Positions 1-14,116 of a stretch of 64,000 nucleotides of DNA are shown piece by piece. The stretch's first letter is position 1. Every line of letters starts with the position of its first letter. A program made the position numbers and the translations under genes. Origin of the DNA: Eledone cirrhosa (taxonomy: Eukaryota); NCBI GenBank assembly GCA_964016885.1, contig OZ024755.1:7130001-7194000 (forward strand), written 5' to 3'. The notes under the pieces are model-generated. The model was not told the DNA's origin, made no database searches, and saw only the letters and a program-made list of their open reading frames with translations.

Positions 1-70
1 GTATTTAGAGTCTTAGGCCAGCTCTACCATGTGCACCTGGGTATTTAGAGTCTTAGGGCAGCTCTACAGC
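1..70. repeat. 40-bp tandem duplication (partial, at window edge)
   Basis: gtatttagagtcttagg.cagctctac at 1 and 41. Confidence 0.7.
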
Positions 71-169
71 ATGCATTTTCTCACTTTTTTTATAACTTGA
101 CTGTGAAGTGGTCAGTTCACTTTGCTTCGACTCTTCCTTCTCTCTTATTATCATTAGTTTCAGGCCCAG

Positions 170-350
170 GGCAGTGGATTGAAAGTATCAGTAGAACATC
201 GGACACCATAGTTCGCGGAATAGAGTTACAGACATTTGCATTCTGATTTCAAATCCGGCCGAGGTTAAGTCTGCCTTTCATTTTTACACGGTCGATAAAA
301 TAAAGTGCCAGTAATGAACTGGGGTCGATTTAATCGACTTCCTCTTTCCC
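170..350 (+). mobile_element. tRNA-derived SINE, family A (diverged)
   Basis: B-box-like tttcaaatcc followed by gcctttcat...gtcgataaaataaagtgccag, shared with many copies in the window. Confidence 0.7.
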
Positions 351-530
351 AAAGAGACTATTAGGGCTCTGGATTGTGTAGTATACCTTAAAATATCCAA
401 ACTTACAAAGACCCCAGTAGACAGTTAAATGCCGGAATTCTCCATGTATTTCACTTCGCCAAAGTTTTCATTTCATTCCTCGGTTGTCTCACATCTTAAT
501 TTTGTATCTCCCCCTCTCTTACTCTCTATA

Positions 531-800
531 GACATACATACATACATACATACATACATACATACATACATACATACATACATACATACATACATACATA
601 CATACATACATACATACATACATACGCACATATATATATATATATACAGATGTAAACACACACACACACACACACACACAGACACATACATATATATATA
701 TATATACATACATACATATATATATACATGTATATATATATGTGTGTGTGTGTATGTGCGTGTGTGTTTGTGCGTGTGTGTATATATCTGTATACACATC
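531..800. repeat. Compound (TACA)n/(CA)n/(TA)n/(TG)n microsatellite
   Basis: Direct reading. Similar tracts recur throughout, e.g. 12620-13165, 39190-40680, 46050-46915, 50145-51205, 63270-63745. Confidence 0.95.
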
Positions 801-1204
801 AGTATGTCTGTATGGCTGTTGGTGGCAGAGTGTGTATTAGAGAATTCTATAAACCTCTCCCAACAGAAATTAGTAAACGAGCAAAGGGAAAAGAATATGG
901 CTTGAAGTGAGCTGTAACTACAAAGACGTGATGGAATTAATGATAGAAATGGCATCTTCTCAAAGATAAGTCCTCAGTTCCAGCGTGTAACGGAACAACC
1001 AAAGTGTGTAAGAAGTGAATAGCCTAGTGGCCTTATTTTAGGGGAAAATCAAAACAAAATCTTGATTAAAATTACATCTTTCTTATATATATATTTATCT
1101 CATTGAATTTCTGACAAAATGGTGATGATGATACTGATAATGAAGATGATGGTGGTGATTAAGGCGATGTTGATGATGATGAGGATGGTGATAATAATAA
1201 TAAA

Positions 1205-1360
1205 GGTTTCTGATTTAGGCACAAGGCCAACAATTTTGGGAGAAGGGAAAGTCGATTAAATCGACCCCAGTGCATTACTGGTACTTTATTTTATCGACCC
1301 CCGTAAGGATGAAAGGCAAACCTAACCTCTGCAGGATTTGAACTCAGAACGTAAAGGGAC
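1205..1360 (-). mobile_element. SINE family A
   Basis: Reverse complement of ...ctgagttcaaatcc...gcctttcatccttacgggggtcgataaaataaagtaccag...ggccttgtgcctaaa. Confidence 0.8.
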
Positions 1361-1368
1361 ATAATAAT

Positions 1369-1440
<72 letters not shown>

Positions 1441-1840
1441 AATAATAATAATAACAACAACAACAACAACAATATAGGAATGCAGTAAAACTGTCCTTTG
1501 TGCTCCTTTTTTAGGGGACAATGTTGAACGAGATCCCTCGAAAAACATACAAAACATAGAAATAAGAGATTTGAATAAAATGAATGACTAAGCTATTGGT
1601 GAGGAAACAGATGTTTAAATATCTTTGATAATGGCCTCTTTATAGGGTAAGATGGCCGTCAGAAGTATGATAGTCATTATAGTCGTTAGAACTGTTTAAT
1701 TTGTACAGTGAACAGTGGACAGCAGTTTAATGGTGAGGTCTAACCTACTCAGACATTGTTGTTATAAGCAACAGGCAACTTGGAAATTAGTGACGACTGT
1801 AAAATGATGAGTAACATGGCTTGTGTCAGATCAGATAGTT

Positions 1841-1964
<124 letters not shown>

Positions 1965-2174
1965 TATATATATATACAGTATATATATATACAGTATATA
2001 TATATTTTTTTTTTTTTTAAATAATGACTTCACTTGTAGTTCTAAATAATTTGATTTAATTTTATAATATTATAATATAAAATTAAATCAAATTGTTTAG
2101 AACTACAAGTGAAGTCATTCTTTTCCTTTTTTTCAAATATACCTAACTATACCAAAGATCTCACACATTTTCCA

Positions 2175-2261
<87 letters not shown>

Positions 2262-3182
2262 GGACCCTTTGGTAACGAATATATGTCATAACGAAAATCA
2301 TGTTAACGAACATTTATCTGTACATTTATTAACGAATAACGAATACAATTATGTCAAGGAACACATTCTACAATAAATGAAAAACTAAAGTGAAGCGGAA
2401 TAAACATAGTTTAGTATTCCCCTATTCCTCTATTTGGTAGACCCAGGGGCAGATCCCAAGCAAGGTGGTTGGATAACATTGGCTGGTCACGCTTGGGGAT
2501 CTAATCGGTTTTTATATAAACTAACAGAAAATCCACCCTTCGGGTGGTTTTCTGATAGCATGTGTAGTGTGCATATTGATATTATACGCAAGTATATATA
2601 CATGTAGATATGATACATCAAATAAAATCATAATTGACAATATCCACAGAAATTGAACGAAGACTGCGTTACACTGTCTTATGTAATCAGTAACGTAATC
2701 CATGATACATTAAAAACAGACAATATTATATATAAACTGCATTAGGAGAAAATTAGTGACGGAAATATATGAATGTTCATTTAAGCGATCGCTAACCGGA
2801 AGTGTTGACATTTGAAAATTTTAAAGAAGTGAATCTTTAAATAAGCAACAATATTATTTATATTTAATCAAGAATAATGAAATTTAGTAGATAAATTATG
2901 TCATATTCTTTCGTTATTTATTGAAAGTAATCCAACTTATTTTACAAACGGGATAAAAAAATATATTCTGGACGCAGTCCCGCACTCCTTTCTTTGTTAT
3001 AGTTTAGATACGATGCTTTTCCACACAATTTCTCTAACAAGACTATAGCAGAAGAAACTTGCCCAAGATACGGTGCAGTGGGGCTGAACTAAAAACCATA
3101 TGTAGTTAAGGAATTCCTTAACTACACAGTCATGTTTACACACAAACACACACATAATCAGTATGATATATACATCTACAGT

Positions 3183-3462
3183 GGAGGCACGTGGCCTAGT
3201 GGTAAGAGTGTTGGACTTACAATCATAATATCGTGGGTTCGATTCCTGGGCTGCATGTTGTGTTCTGGAGCAAAACACTTCATTTCACGTTGCTCCAGTA
3301 TACTCAGCTGAAAATAAGTACCAGCAATAGCTGGAGGTTTAACCCTGCGATGGACTGGCGTCCTGTCCAGGGGGGAGTCTTGTACTCCCAGTCGCTTCAC
3401 GCCATGAAACCGGGATAAGCACCGGCCAAATGAGCCTTCTGGCTTAAGACAGACTTTAGACT
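3183..3462 (+). mobile_element. tRNA-derived SINE, family B, with V-SINE-like domain
   Basis: A box gtggcctagtggt, B box ggttcgattcc, cctgcgatggactggcgtcctgtccaggg (V-domain-like), short agacttt tail repeat. Confidence 0.75.
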
Positions 3463-3730
3463 TTTTTAGATAAATCTACACAAGCAAACGTGCACAACAC
3501 CACGTAGATGTAAATGGCTTTACATACTTGAAAATCACACATACATGAATCTGTGATGGTGTGTTTGTATGTGTGTGTGTGTGTGAGAGTGTGTGTAGTT
3601 GTTTTTGTTTTTGTGTGTGTCTGTGTGCGTATAATTTTAAGCAGAGAAACACATGTCTGCGTGTTTATTTGTATATATATATATATATATGGATTGGGAA
3701 TAGTTTTGAGGTAGAGATAAAGAAAAGAGT

Positions 3731-3785
<55 letters not shown>

Positions 3786-3888
3786 AGAGAGAGAACTATG
3801 CAATTCTAATTTGTTTACCAACACCTTGAACCCTTGTTATTTGATTAGTACTCTCCTGGGATCACAGAGACACATAGTTGGGTGTAGA

Positions 3889-3955
<67 letters not shown>

Positions 3956-4010
3956 ATTTATATATATATATATACGGATATATATATATGGTATAATATA
4001 TATATATATA

Positions 4011-5860
4011 CCTCGTACAAACCACCTAATAAATTCTGTAACCTCTGTATACTAGAGACACACAATATTATCTTCTCCAACCGTAACCTACTTAACAAAA
4101 AATCTGAGGTGTTTGCAACTTGCCAACACCGCCTCAGACATTCCTTCCAAAACTTTAAGCCCTATATATAGCAATGTCGGACTGGAACCTAACACCACAT
4201 CTAGCATCAAACACCAGAGACACACCCTATACTACATACCCAACACTAGCTGATCCATTATAACACAAACAACGACATCCCTCTGGAACCCTTCGCAGGG
4301 AAAATACCCATTTATACCTCTACGGCAGGTGTGACAACATCCACCCACCTGGACGGCACTACACCGCTCTAAGGGTAATTTGAGCATGAATTGATCGGTT
4401 GGATGGTGTTGGGCAGAGGAAACACCTTCCTTAGACAGATGTAAAATGATTTAATCGAGTAGCGCTGTTGACCAGTAGGACCGGGCTGCTGAGCGCAGTG
4501 AGTGAATGCAATGCAACTGCCGTGCGGGTTGTACGTATATGGATGATCTGACGGTCAGAGAGGGGTCGCGAGGACTGCGGATTGACCTTTGGCCTGCCTG
4601 GGGACGATTATCTTTCGACATCCAATGTAGCAAGCGATGACCCAGATCTTACCAGAGATCATTGGGTCCTGAAGCAATCCTGCAATCACCGCGCCTGGTC
4701 ATATGAGCAGACTACAACCACAGAGATCATTAATTTAGAATCCTCGCTCATCATCTATAATTTCCATTTGTAGCACCTTAAGATGGGTTAATCCACCTTA
4801 ATAATAATATGATCACCTTCAGCATAATTTAGTTAAACTACTCTATAGTTAGTGCACTTTAGGCTTTAAAAGTCTCTCTTGGAAGGTGCACCTCACCATA
4901 GAATTTAGGGTCCATATTGGGACACATTTTAATGGCTAGATATAGAAACCCCAGAGTTACCTCCCCGCATGCATTAACTCCCCTTAGCCACACACACACT
5001 TCCGGTATTCAATGGCGTCTCTCGAAACGTAACAACCTCCTGTATCGAACTAAAGAACACCAGACTACGATCTCTAACTGGATTGTCGTGGATTATGTGA
5101 AAGGCATATAATCGAAATATACACTCCCTTGACCATGAAAATGCCGAAGTACATGAATTACTTGACATCCCTGCGTTGTGCATCTCCAATACTTATAACA
5201 CTTTTAATGCTTGCACTATCTTTAATACTTATAATATTTCTCCACACACAGACTACATCAATCATATAAAGACTTTGCCACCAGATCTACCAACCTAACA
5301 CTCTTATTTACCTACCTAAGTGCCTCTACCACACATATCTCTCTGCCACACTATATAAACAAGACGCACATGCGTGCCACACATATAACATTTGCACCAT
5401 ATAACCACTTATCTTCATGTTGTACTTTAACCTATATCTTTGATTTTTGATTGTACCTATTAATATAAATGTAATCTCTAAGTGTGTACTGCCACTCTAA
5501 ATTTTGTAATGAATGTTGACCCACAATGTTTGAATATGTATCAATGTTTGAATATGTATTGGTATGTCTCTCGGCTGAAAAGGAGGTCATATAACTGTCC
5601 ATGCATTAATAAATTGCTCCGAAGAATCCAAACCTCGGTTTGGAGGAAACAGCTGTAAGCACAATAATGTTTTGAACAGTTCTTTGATTCTTATATTTCA
5701 TATAACTGCTCTGTAAATCATCTGATGTTTTTACATTGAGCTACTTAACTTACTGGTAATAAGGTAGTAATACATTACTGCCTACCACTATTTAGGGTGT
5801 GTGTAAAATACTTACAACTGCTTAAGGTTTTGTGTTTACATAACCATAAATAGTATAACT
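4011..5860 (+). mobile_element. 5'-truncated Penelope-like retroelement (endonuclease C-terminus, long 3' region, HHR) between (TA)n tracts
   Basis: 4011-4171 encodes [39 protein letters not shown] (CxLC..E..I...LLN.+SE...C.H, typical of PLE GIY-YIG C-termini). HHR at 5615-5661. (TA)n on both sides. Confidence 0.72.
5615..5661 (+). ncRNA. Minimal type I hammerhead ribozyme (core variant CCGAAGA)
   Basis: Stem I UGCU/AGCA; core CCGAAGA; stem II UCCAAAC/GUUUGGA; GAAA; palindromic stem III CAGCUG; UA site. Confidence 0.7.
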
Positions 5861-5865
5861 AATAC

Positions 5866-5956
<91 letters not shown>

Positions 5957-6065
5957 GTATATATATATACATATAAATACATATATATAATACATAAGAT
6001 GTATGACTTTATAGGAATGTAGGTGTATCAATAAACATCGGAGGTCGAGGAGTTACGATATTTAT

Positions 6066-6108
6066 TGAACCGATTATCTTTCAGTAGGGTCATACCTCAT
6101 CAGTACCT
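6066..6108 (-). ncRNA. Partial or degenerate HHR in a (TA)n-flanked island
   Basis: Minus strand CUGAUGA-GGUA...UACU-GAAA-GAUAAUC; UH site and stem I not intact. Confidence 0.4.
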
Positions 6109-6110
6109 CC

Positions 6111-6215
<105 letters not shown>

Positions 6216-7290
6216 TGTATATGTATATTTGTGTCAGTATTTAAGAATATATTACTTATGTATACACACACGCACACACACAGACACACACATATATATG
6301 TTTTTCTGTGTGTGTATATTTGTGTGTATGTATAGAAGGTAAAAAATAAAGTGGGTGAGGTAAGTGTTCTGGTTTTCTGAATGCGTATATCGGTGTAAAA
6401 CGTCCATTTTGACATCTTAGATGACTAACAAGCCTCACTGATTCAGAAAGTAAGCCATCTGCTTAACAATTTCGTTGAATTTCTAAAATTATCAAGATTC
6501 CTGTTTTGATAAGAACGTAACAACAACAACAACAACAACAACCAAACAAACAAACAAATAAACAAAAATCAAAACATTGAGAATATCCCAAGAATCCTTT
6601 GGCTTTGATTCGTCTCGAATATCGAATTTTCTGGTAAATTCAGAGAATTATAATAAAATTAGAAGTTCCAAAATAGTATAAATACAAAACATATATCTGA
6701 AAGTTTTAAAGAAAAAGCAGGAAGACAACGACAAATTGTGTGAGGAGTTAGCAAGAAAACATGTGAGGAAAATAATCGTATACAAATGATATTTTTTTCG
6801 TTAAATATTGCAAATGAAAACCAGAGATATAAACTGCATATTATATTATAGAATGAATTTTTAATTTTAAAATACTGGACAAATTATTTTAGATTTTAAT
6901 CACATGCCAGAAAAATTGTTAGTTGATTAAAACCACACACATATATAATATATAATATTTTACTATAAATATATATAATATATTATATCTTACTATATAT
7001 ATATATAATATTTTACCATGTATATATGTATGCATATGTATAATATTTTATCTTAAACACACAAATATATAGACATACATATATATAATCTCATGATCAC
7101 AAAGAAATCATCTGTTAGCGATATTTAGCGATTTAGTGATTTTTAATTATTGAAAATTTATTATTGAAAATTTATTATTAAAAAAAAATTAGTTGATCAT
7201 CTATTTTATTGAAATTATTTTAACAAACAACAAAATTTTGCTGTAAAAATTATTCAAATTATTAATATATATATATATATATATAATATA

Positions 7291-7341
<51 letters not shown>

Positions 7342-7485
7342 ACTCTATTTATGGGAGTATAAGCCAGATTTTAATTTAATATTTAATATTGCTTCTCTGA
7401 TTGATATTTTATCTATATATTTCATCCATACATTGAGATGTTTAAGTATTAGAGACTAATTAATCTTTAATTAATAAATATATAT

Positions 7486-7537
<52 letters not shown>

Positions 7538-8012
7538 CCTATTATATCTCTTTGTTATCAATAAATATGCCACTATTATTGTAACCTTTTGCACTTCTAA
7601 CCACCAATAAATAAGATTAAATTAAAACAAAAAAAAAGCCTCCCCCCAAAAAAAGATTTGAAAAAAAAAACGAATTTGAAAAAGAAAGGAAAGCGAAAGA
7701 AAAAGAAGAAAAAAAAAAGCAAGAAATAGAAGAAAAAAGAAAGGAAGAAGAAGAAGAAGAAGAAGAAGAAAGAGAGAAGTGTAGGACTGTTATCAGTAAA
7801 AGTAGTTAGTTGTTAAGAACACGTGGGATAGGCATCTTAGTTCCAGCCACTTCTTGCTGTAATAGTGTGTTGTTTATTTATTACAAGAATGACTCGGTCA
7901 TTCATTCAAACAGTCACCGGGTCGAAATCACTTCAGTCCAGTAGCTGCCGTAGTAAGCCAGCATGTAATAAAACTTGTAATATTCGGCACCCACTGACAT
8001 TACAAGCCAAAC

Positions 8013-8198
8013 AAACCAGCTCTTTGCTCTTACACCTGCTTCAGCCAACATTCGTTCTATGACCGGACAAGTGATTTTATACACGAAGAAAATACACCAA
8101 ATTATAAACCAGCTCTTTGCTCTTACACCTGCTTCTGCAAACAGTCGTTCTATGACCGGACAAGTGGTATTATATACGAAAAAAATTTACCAAATTAT
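8013..8198 (+). repeat. 93-bp tandem duplication immediately upstream of the BMP ORF
   Basis: aaaccagctctttgctcttacacctgcttc...ctatgaccggacaagtg...caaattat at 8013 and 8106. Confidence 0.85.
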
Positions 8199-8279
8199 AT
8201 ATCAAAAAAGATTTTATCAAAGAACTGCTACCCATTTCTAAGTAACAGCTTTTGGCAAACAAAACAAGAAAACTCCACG

Positions 8280-9351
8280 ATGGAATCGTTAAATTTGTTA
8301 TTGGATAAAAATTATGTGGAAAGGAAAGAAGACGGAGACGAATATATTAAATATAACATCATCGATTACCAACTTCCTTCAAATGATGAGAATCGAAGAC
8401 AATATCAGGTGGGAAACGGAAATGATTTAGAGACAGATTCCGGTAAACAACCCGATGAATATCATGGACATCATTATGAAAATTTTACAACAGATTCTCA
8501 ATATAAATCTTGTTCTTTATATGAGACGTATAGAAACAGCCGCTTCAAAGCGAATTGTGGATTATTCAATTGCAAAAACCGAGATTATGGTGATAACAAT
8601 ACCTCAACGCAGTCTGTTTACAATATAGGATATATCAAACATTTTTATCGAACTTTTAACAGTAACACTTTATTATTATTTCATCATATCTTGAGAAATA
8701 TTTCAATGCGACTGAAATTATTTTTCTTCACTTTACTTGTAATGTCTCTTCTTCAACCTGGTCCCTATTGCTTATATTCATTTGCACATGCAAAATCTCT
8801 GAGCTCTGATATTGAAACATTAGAAAACAAAAGCCAGCCCGCAGTCGACTCTGGTTGGAGTTCAGAGTTGAATATCAACGAATCTGTTAGAGGCTTCAAG
8901 ATGAATGAAGCCAGTGATAGTAGCCAATCAAAGGAAGACTATAAAGTGGACAGTAGTGAAGTTAACAGTGATGAACATCGGTCAAAATTACGCACCAGAA
9001 GTGTTAGTGAAAAAGAGACACCCAAGGAACACGATGACAATAGCAACGAAGGTGATACTGCTTCAGTCAACGATGACAAATCCACAGAATATTCAGATAA
9101 ACAACAAACTATTTTAGATGCATCAGTAGACAGTTACATGGATAAATCTGAAAACGAAAGTCAGGAGATGATTGATGATAATGATGATAATGATGATGAT
9201 CGAGAAAACGATGACATTGATAACGAAAATGAGGATTCTTCAAAACGAATTATACCAGAATATATGTTAAAACTTTACAAAAAATTCACTCAGAATCATT
9301 TCATGCACCCGGCTTCGGATACCGTTAGAAGTTTCAGTAATATCAACGATG
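8280..9351 (+). CDS. BMP10: BMP9/10-like TGF-beta ligand, exon 1 (signal peptide and N-terminal prodomain); true start may be ATG 8706
   Basis: 359-aa non-repetitive ORF. Signal-like MRLKLFFFTLLVMSLLQPGPYCLYSFAHA from 8706. IPEYMLKLYKKF...HPASDTVRSF matches the BMP prodomain motif. Donor G|GTAGGT at 9351/9352 (phase 1) joins exon 2 in frame. Confidence 0.88.
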
Positions 9352-9466
9352 GTAGGTAGTTCTTTCCTGTATGCATTCATCAAGTGTTTGTGTCTGTATA
9401 TATATATATAATAAGTAACATGTTGACATAGTCTTCGATTTCCACTAACGAAATCTGATCACTACT

Positions 9467-9601
<135 letters not shown>

Positions 9602-10499
9602 CAAGATAGAATATCCGGCCAACTAGCAAAGACCATTTCCATGGCAAAAAAATTGCATCGAAAGAGTTTAAGTTTCACGGTCCCGGTTATTCGCGGAATT
9701 TTCCTTAGAACCTAACTAATAATTGTTCGTTGAAACCATCGCATATTTGTAGAATTGTAAATATCTTCCGCGATTTTTTAATGCAATATATACGCTTCAC
9801 GCTTTTTAATGCTAAATTATTAATAAAAATGTAACAGTATTTGCCGGCCTATTCCACGCCCTTCGCATAAGACCTTCCCTCTGATCAGAATAGCCGTGCA
9901 TCATATCGTTTGTTTGTTTTAGATATAAGTACACTGTATCTTGTATCTCTTATTCCTGCGTTTTCAATCAAAGCTTGTTAATTAGTATGGTGACATCTAA
10001 CTATATTTCACACACACACACACACACACTCTCTCTGTATTTCTCCCTCAACAAACTCTCATTGTAGTGAAAGTATTATATATATATATATAAATACAGC
10101 GTAGCTCACCGGTATTGCTTAAGCTAGCGATGACAGATCAAAGATAAACAACACGGGACTGAACGTTAATTTTATACCAGTGCTTTGTTCAATCACCGCT
10201 ACATTTGATCATACACATTGTTTATTACAACAGGATAATTTTTGAGGCCGAGAACCAATATAGTCTCATTGAAAATCGGTCACTAGCTGGTCGCTGTCTC
10301 TCTTTTATTATAGCATAGATTACTGTATAGGTAATCGAGTAGTAATACAAACTTTTTTTAAAACCACGATTGGTATGCGTATATTAGACGCAGGGAAGAC
10401 TTTTTGTACGTTTTATGCGGGGGAAACTGCGTCTAATATCTATCTAGAGTGTTTTGCTGAGTGTTGTGTTTTTCGCAGCGTGTTTATTAAAGTCCTAAG

Positions 10500-11747
10500 A
10501 TGTACCGAAATGACCTATACATTCTAAGGCTTCTTGCAATGACCCTAAGCGCCAGAAAAAGGTTAACGCTCCATGAGAAGGTACAACTGCTGGATATACT
10601 CCGGGAAGACAAAAGTTATACCACAGTAGGTCGTTATTATCGCGTCAACGAAAGCCCCATACCCTACCTAAAGAAGAATGCGGCAGCGATCAGGACTATC
10701 GTAGCAGTAAGTTTCTGTGAAAGAGCCAAAGGGATAACGACAGTAAGAAATAAACACTTCGTCAGGATGTAATCTGTCTTATCATTGTGGATCAGCGACT
10801 GCCAGAAGAAAAACATTCCCTTGAGCAGTATCATCATCTGCGACAAAGCACGGAAATTATACCAGCATTTAGATAGAGGTCTCGGAGCAGAAGGCACCGA
10901 AGAACCGCAACCAGGACCATCGATGGTACCGGAGCCCAAAGGTTTTCAAGCCAGCAAAGGAAGGTTTTACAGTTTCCAGAAACGGTTTAAAATGAAGTAT
11001 GTTTCCCTGCATGGAGAAGCGGCATCAGCTGTTAAAGAAGCCACCGAGAAGTACCTCAAGACCTTCAGGCAGATCATCGAGAGCAAGGGATACAAGCCGG
11101 AACAGGTTTTCAATATGGACGAGACTGGCTTGTTTTGGAAAACGATGCCTTCCAGAACATACATCAGGATGGACGAAGCCAGAGCCTGAGGATTTAAGGC
11201 ACAGAAGGACAGAGTGACGCTCATTATGTGTGGCAATGCTGCTGGTTTCATGACGAAACCAGGCCTTATCTACAAGTCCGCGAACCCGACGGCCTTCAAT
11301 AATAAGAATAAAAGCCTGCTGCCTGCCCACTGGTTACACAACCCTAAGGCCTGGATTACCAAAAGTCTAACTTTGAACTGGTTCCACCAATGCTTCCCTC
11401 AAGCCAAGGAACACCTCCACAACATATGCATGGAATTCAAGGTTTTGTTAGTAAGGAGTTCAAGTAGAGGTCCTCCTTGCCAACAGCACCTCCATCATCC
11501 AGTCTATGGGTCAAGGCGGGATTCGTGCCTTCAAGGCACTTTACACTCGGAACTCTCTCCAACACCTTGTGGACGCAGTGGACTCGGACGAGAATTTCAA
11601 GTTTAAGGGGTATTGGCGTAACTTCACGACCACAACCTGCCTGTTAGTCATCCAAGCTGCTCTTAAGGACATGAAAAAAGAAACCCTCATCGCATGCTGG
11701 AAGAAGGTGTGGCCAGAGTGTGTCCAGGACTACAGGAGCTTCTCACC
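10500..11747 (+). pseudogene. Decayed Tigger/pogo (TIGD1-like) transposase
   Basis: Stops and frameshifts split CENP-B HTH (RKRLTLHEKVQLLD; LWISDCQKKNIPLS; FQASKGRFYSFQKRF) and DDE segments (HGEAASA, YKPEQVFNMDETGLFWK, DRVTLIMCGNAAG, PKAWIT, MGQGGIRAFKALY, ACWKKVWP). Possible 5' terminal region near 9677. Confidence 0.9.
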
Positions 11748-11985
11748 TGTCATAGAATTGATTATTTAACACGTAATTGGTTTAATTGATCAATGACTTA
11801 GAAGCAAGTTATCTAATTATAATCTGACGAAATTCAATCACTTGAGGTATTTCCGCCCAGCACAGCCATTTAACGAAATAACCACTAATTAGATGATTCT
11901 CAGGTATTTGTGAACAATGGTGAGAGTTGTACCTGACACAGGTATGTAGATTGGACACGAGAGGAGTTATTGGTATTTTTAGTGT

Positions 11986-12505
11986 TTGAATGTTGTTGTT
12001 GCTGTTACAGTTGTTGTTGATGATGATATTGTGGTTGTTGTTTTTGGTGGTGGTGGAGGCGGTATTAATGTTGTTGTTGGCATTTTTAGTGTTTTTGATG
12101 TTGTTGTTGCTGTTACTGTTGTTGCTGCTGATGTTGTTGTTGATGATGTTAATGTTATGGTTGTTGTTGTTGGTGGTGTTATTGATGTTGGTGGTGTTAT
12201 TGATGTTGTTGTTGCTATTACTGTTGTTGTTGATGATGTTGTTGTTGATGATGTTAATGTTATGGTTGTTGTTGTTGGTGGTGTTATTGATGTTGTTGTT
12301 GCTATTACTGTTGTTGTTGATGATGATGGTGGTTATTACTTTTGGTGGTATTGATGTTGTTGTTGGTGGTCGTTGTAGTTTTGTAAATTGCTCATGTTAT
12401 TGGTGATGATGCTGTTGTTGTTGATGTTGATATTGATGTTGTTGCTGTTGTTGTTGCTGTTGATGGTGTTGTTGTTGATGCTGTTGTTGTTGTTGTTGCT
12501 GTTGG
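11986..12505. repeat. Degenerate (GTT/GAT)n low-complexity tract
   Basis: Direct reading. Confidence 0.9.
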
Positions 12506-12666
12506 ACATCTAGATCCACGTTCTCCAGCCTGTCCTTCCTATTTTAAGACAGTAGAATGTAAATTGAAAGAAATTCGGTTACTCTTTCTAGCCGATTAAG
12601 TTATACTAAGTACTACAGTGTGTGGTGTGTATATATATATATATGTGGGTGTGTGTGTGTGTGTAC

Positions 12667-12720
<54 letters not shown>

Positions 12721-12831
12721 GGTGTGTGTGTGTGTGTACATATATATATAATATATATATATGTATATATATATGTATATATATATGTGTGTGTGTGTGG
12801 TGGGGGGGGGGTGTACGTATATATATATATA

Positions 12832-12956
<125 letters not shown>

Positions 12957-12971
12957 TATATATATATATGC

Positions 12972-13130
<159 letters not shown>

Positions 13131-13164
13131 TATATATATATATATATATATGCATATATATATA

Positions 13165-13320
13165 TATAAAAGTAATATATATGAGTAATATATATGATGA
13201 AACAGATACCAACACATCTGTATTTATATTGCAAAAGAATAATTATTCTTTTGCAATATAAATACAGATGTGTTGGTATCTGTTTCATCATATATATTAC
13301 TCATATATATTACTTTTATA
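13165..13320. repeat. 156-bp perfect palindrome in a (TA)n-flanked island
   Basis: Axis aagaataa|ttattctt at 13242/13243; arms match out to tataaaagtaat / attacttttata. Confidence 0.9.
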
Positions 13321-13389
13321 CACGGCCCAGGAATATTTCCTTTGAGCTAATTCCATTGTAAAAGAATTAATTACACTTAATTACACTTA

Positions 13390-13526
<137 letters not shown>

Positions 13527-13839
13527 TATATTGACAGATATAGGCAGTTTGTCTTTATAAATACTGTATGACAGAATATATTTATACATTGTAGCAAACA
13601 CCGCATGTAAATTCTACATTAGAATTTCACCTGGGGACAGTTGTCCCAAATCAAACTATATTTAAACAGAAACATTACGCATGTTACCCATATAGGCCCG
13701 GGTGTATGGCTGTTTTGTTAGTTAAGGATTTCACTTCGCAACCACTTGGTTTCGAGTTCAGTCGTGGAATATTGGTCAAGTGTCTTCTGCTATAACCTTG
13801 AGCTAACCAGTGCCTGGGATTTGTCACACACGCGCACAC

Positions 13840-13873
<34 letters not shown>

Positions 13874-13876
<3 letters not shown>

Positions 13877-13983
13877 CGAAGGAAATGTGGTAAGGAACCA
13901 GGTGGACCATAACGCACCAAAGTACTCAATACTTAGGGTAGTAGAGTGGGTAATAGGAACCAGTAAGACCCCTCTTACTGGTT

Positions 13984-13988
<5 letters not shown>
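13874..13988 (-). mobile_element. (TA)n-embedded short element, family P1, with terminal fold-back
   Basis: gaaggaaatgtggtaaggaaccaggtggaccataacgcacc...; hairpin ataggaaccagtaaga-cccc-tcttactggttcctat. Other copies at 16624-16745, 34418-34556, 43438-43634, 44790-44989, 53456-53580, 53619-53697. Confidence 0.8.
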
Positions 13989-14065
<77 letters not shown>

Positions 14066-14116
14066 AAGAAAGAAGAGTAACATGGCTGGTTGTACAATAA
14101 GGGCTTTATTCAAATT

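Noticed and set aside
3183-3255. tRNA gene
   Set aside because: A and B boxes belong to a SINE head; no full cloverleaf and it continues into SINE body.
11820-11892. CTGACGA...GAAA possible HHR
   Set aside because: No stem II or stem III pairing.
11748-11938. TGTCA...TGACA segment as a solo LTR
   Set aside because: No TSD, PBS or second copy seen.
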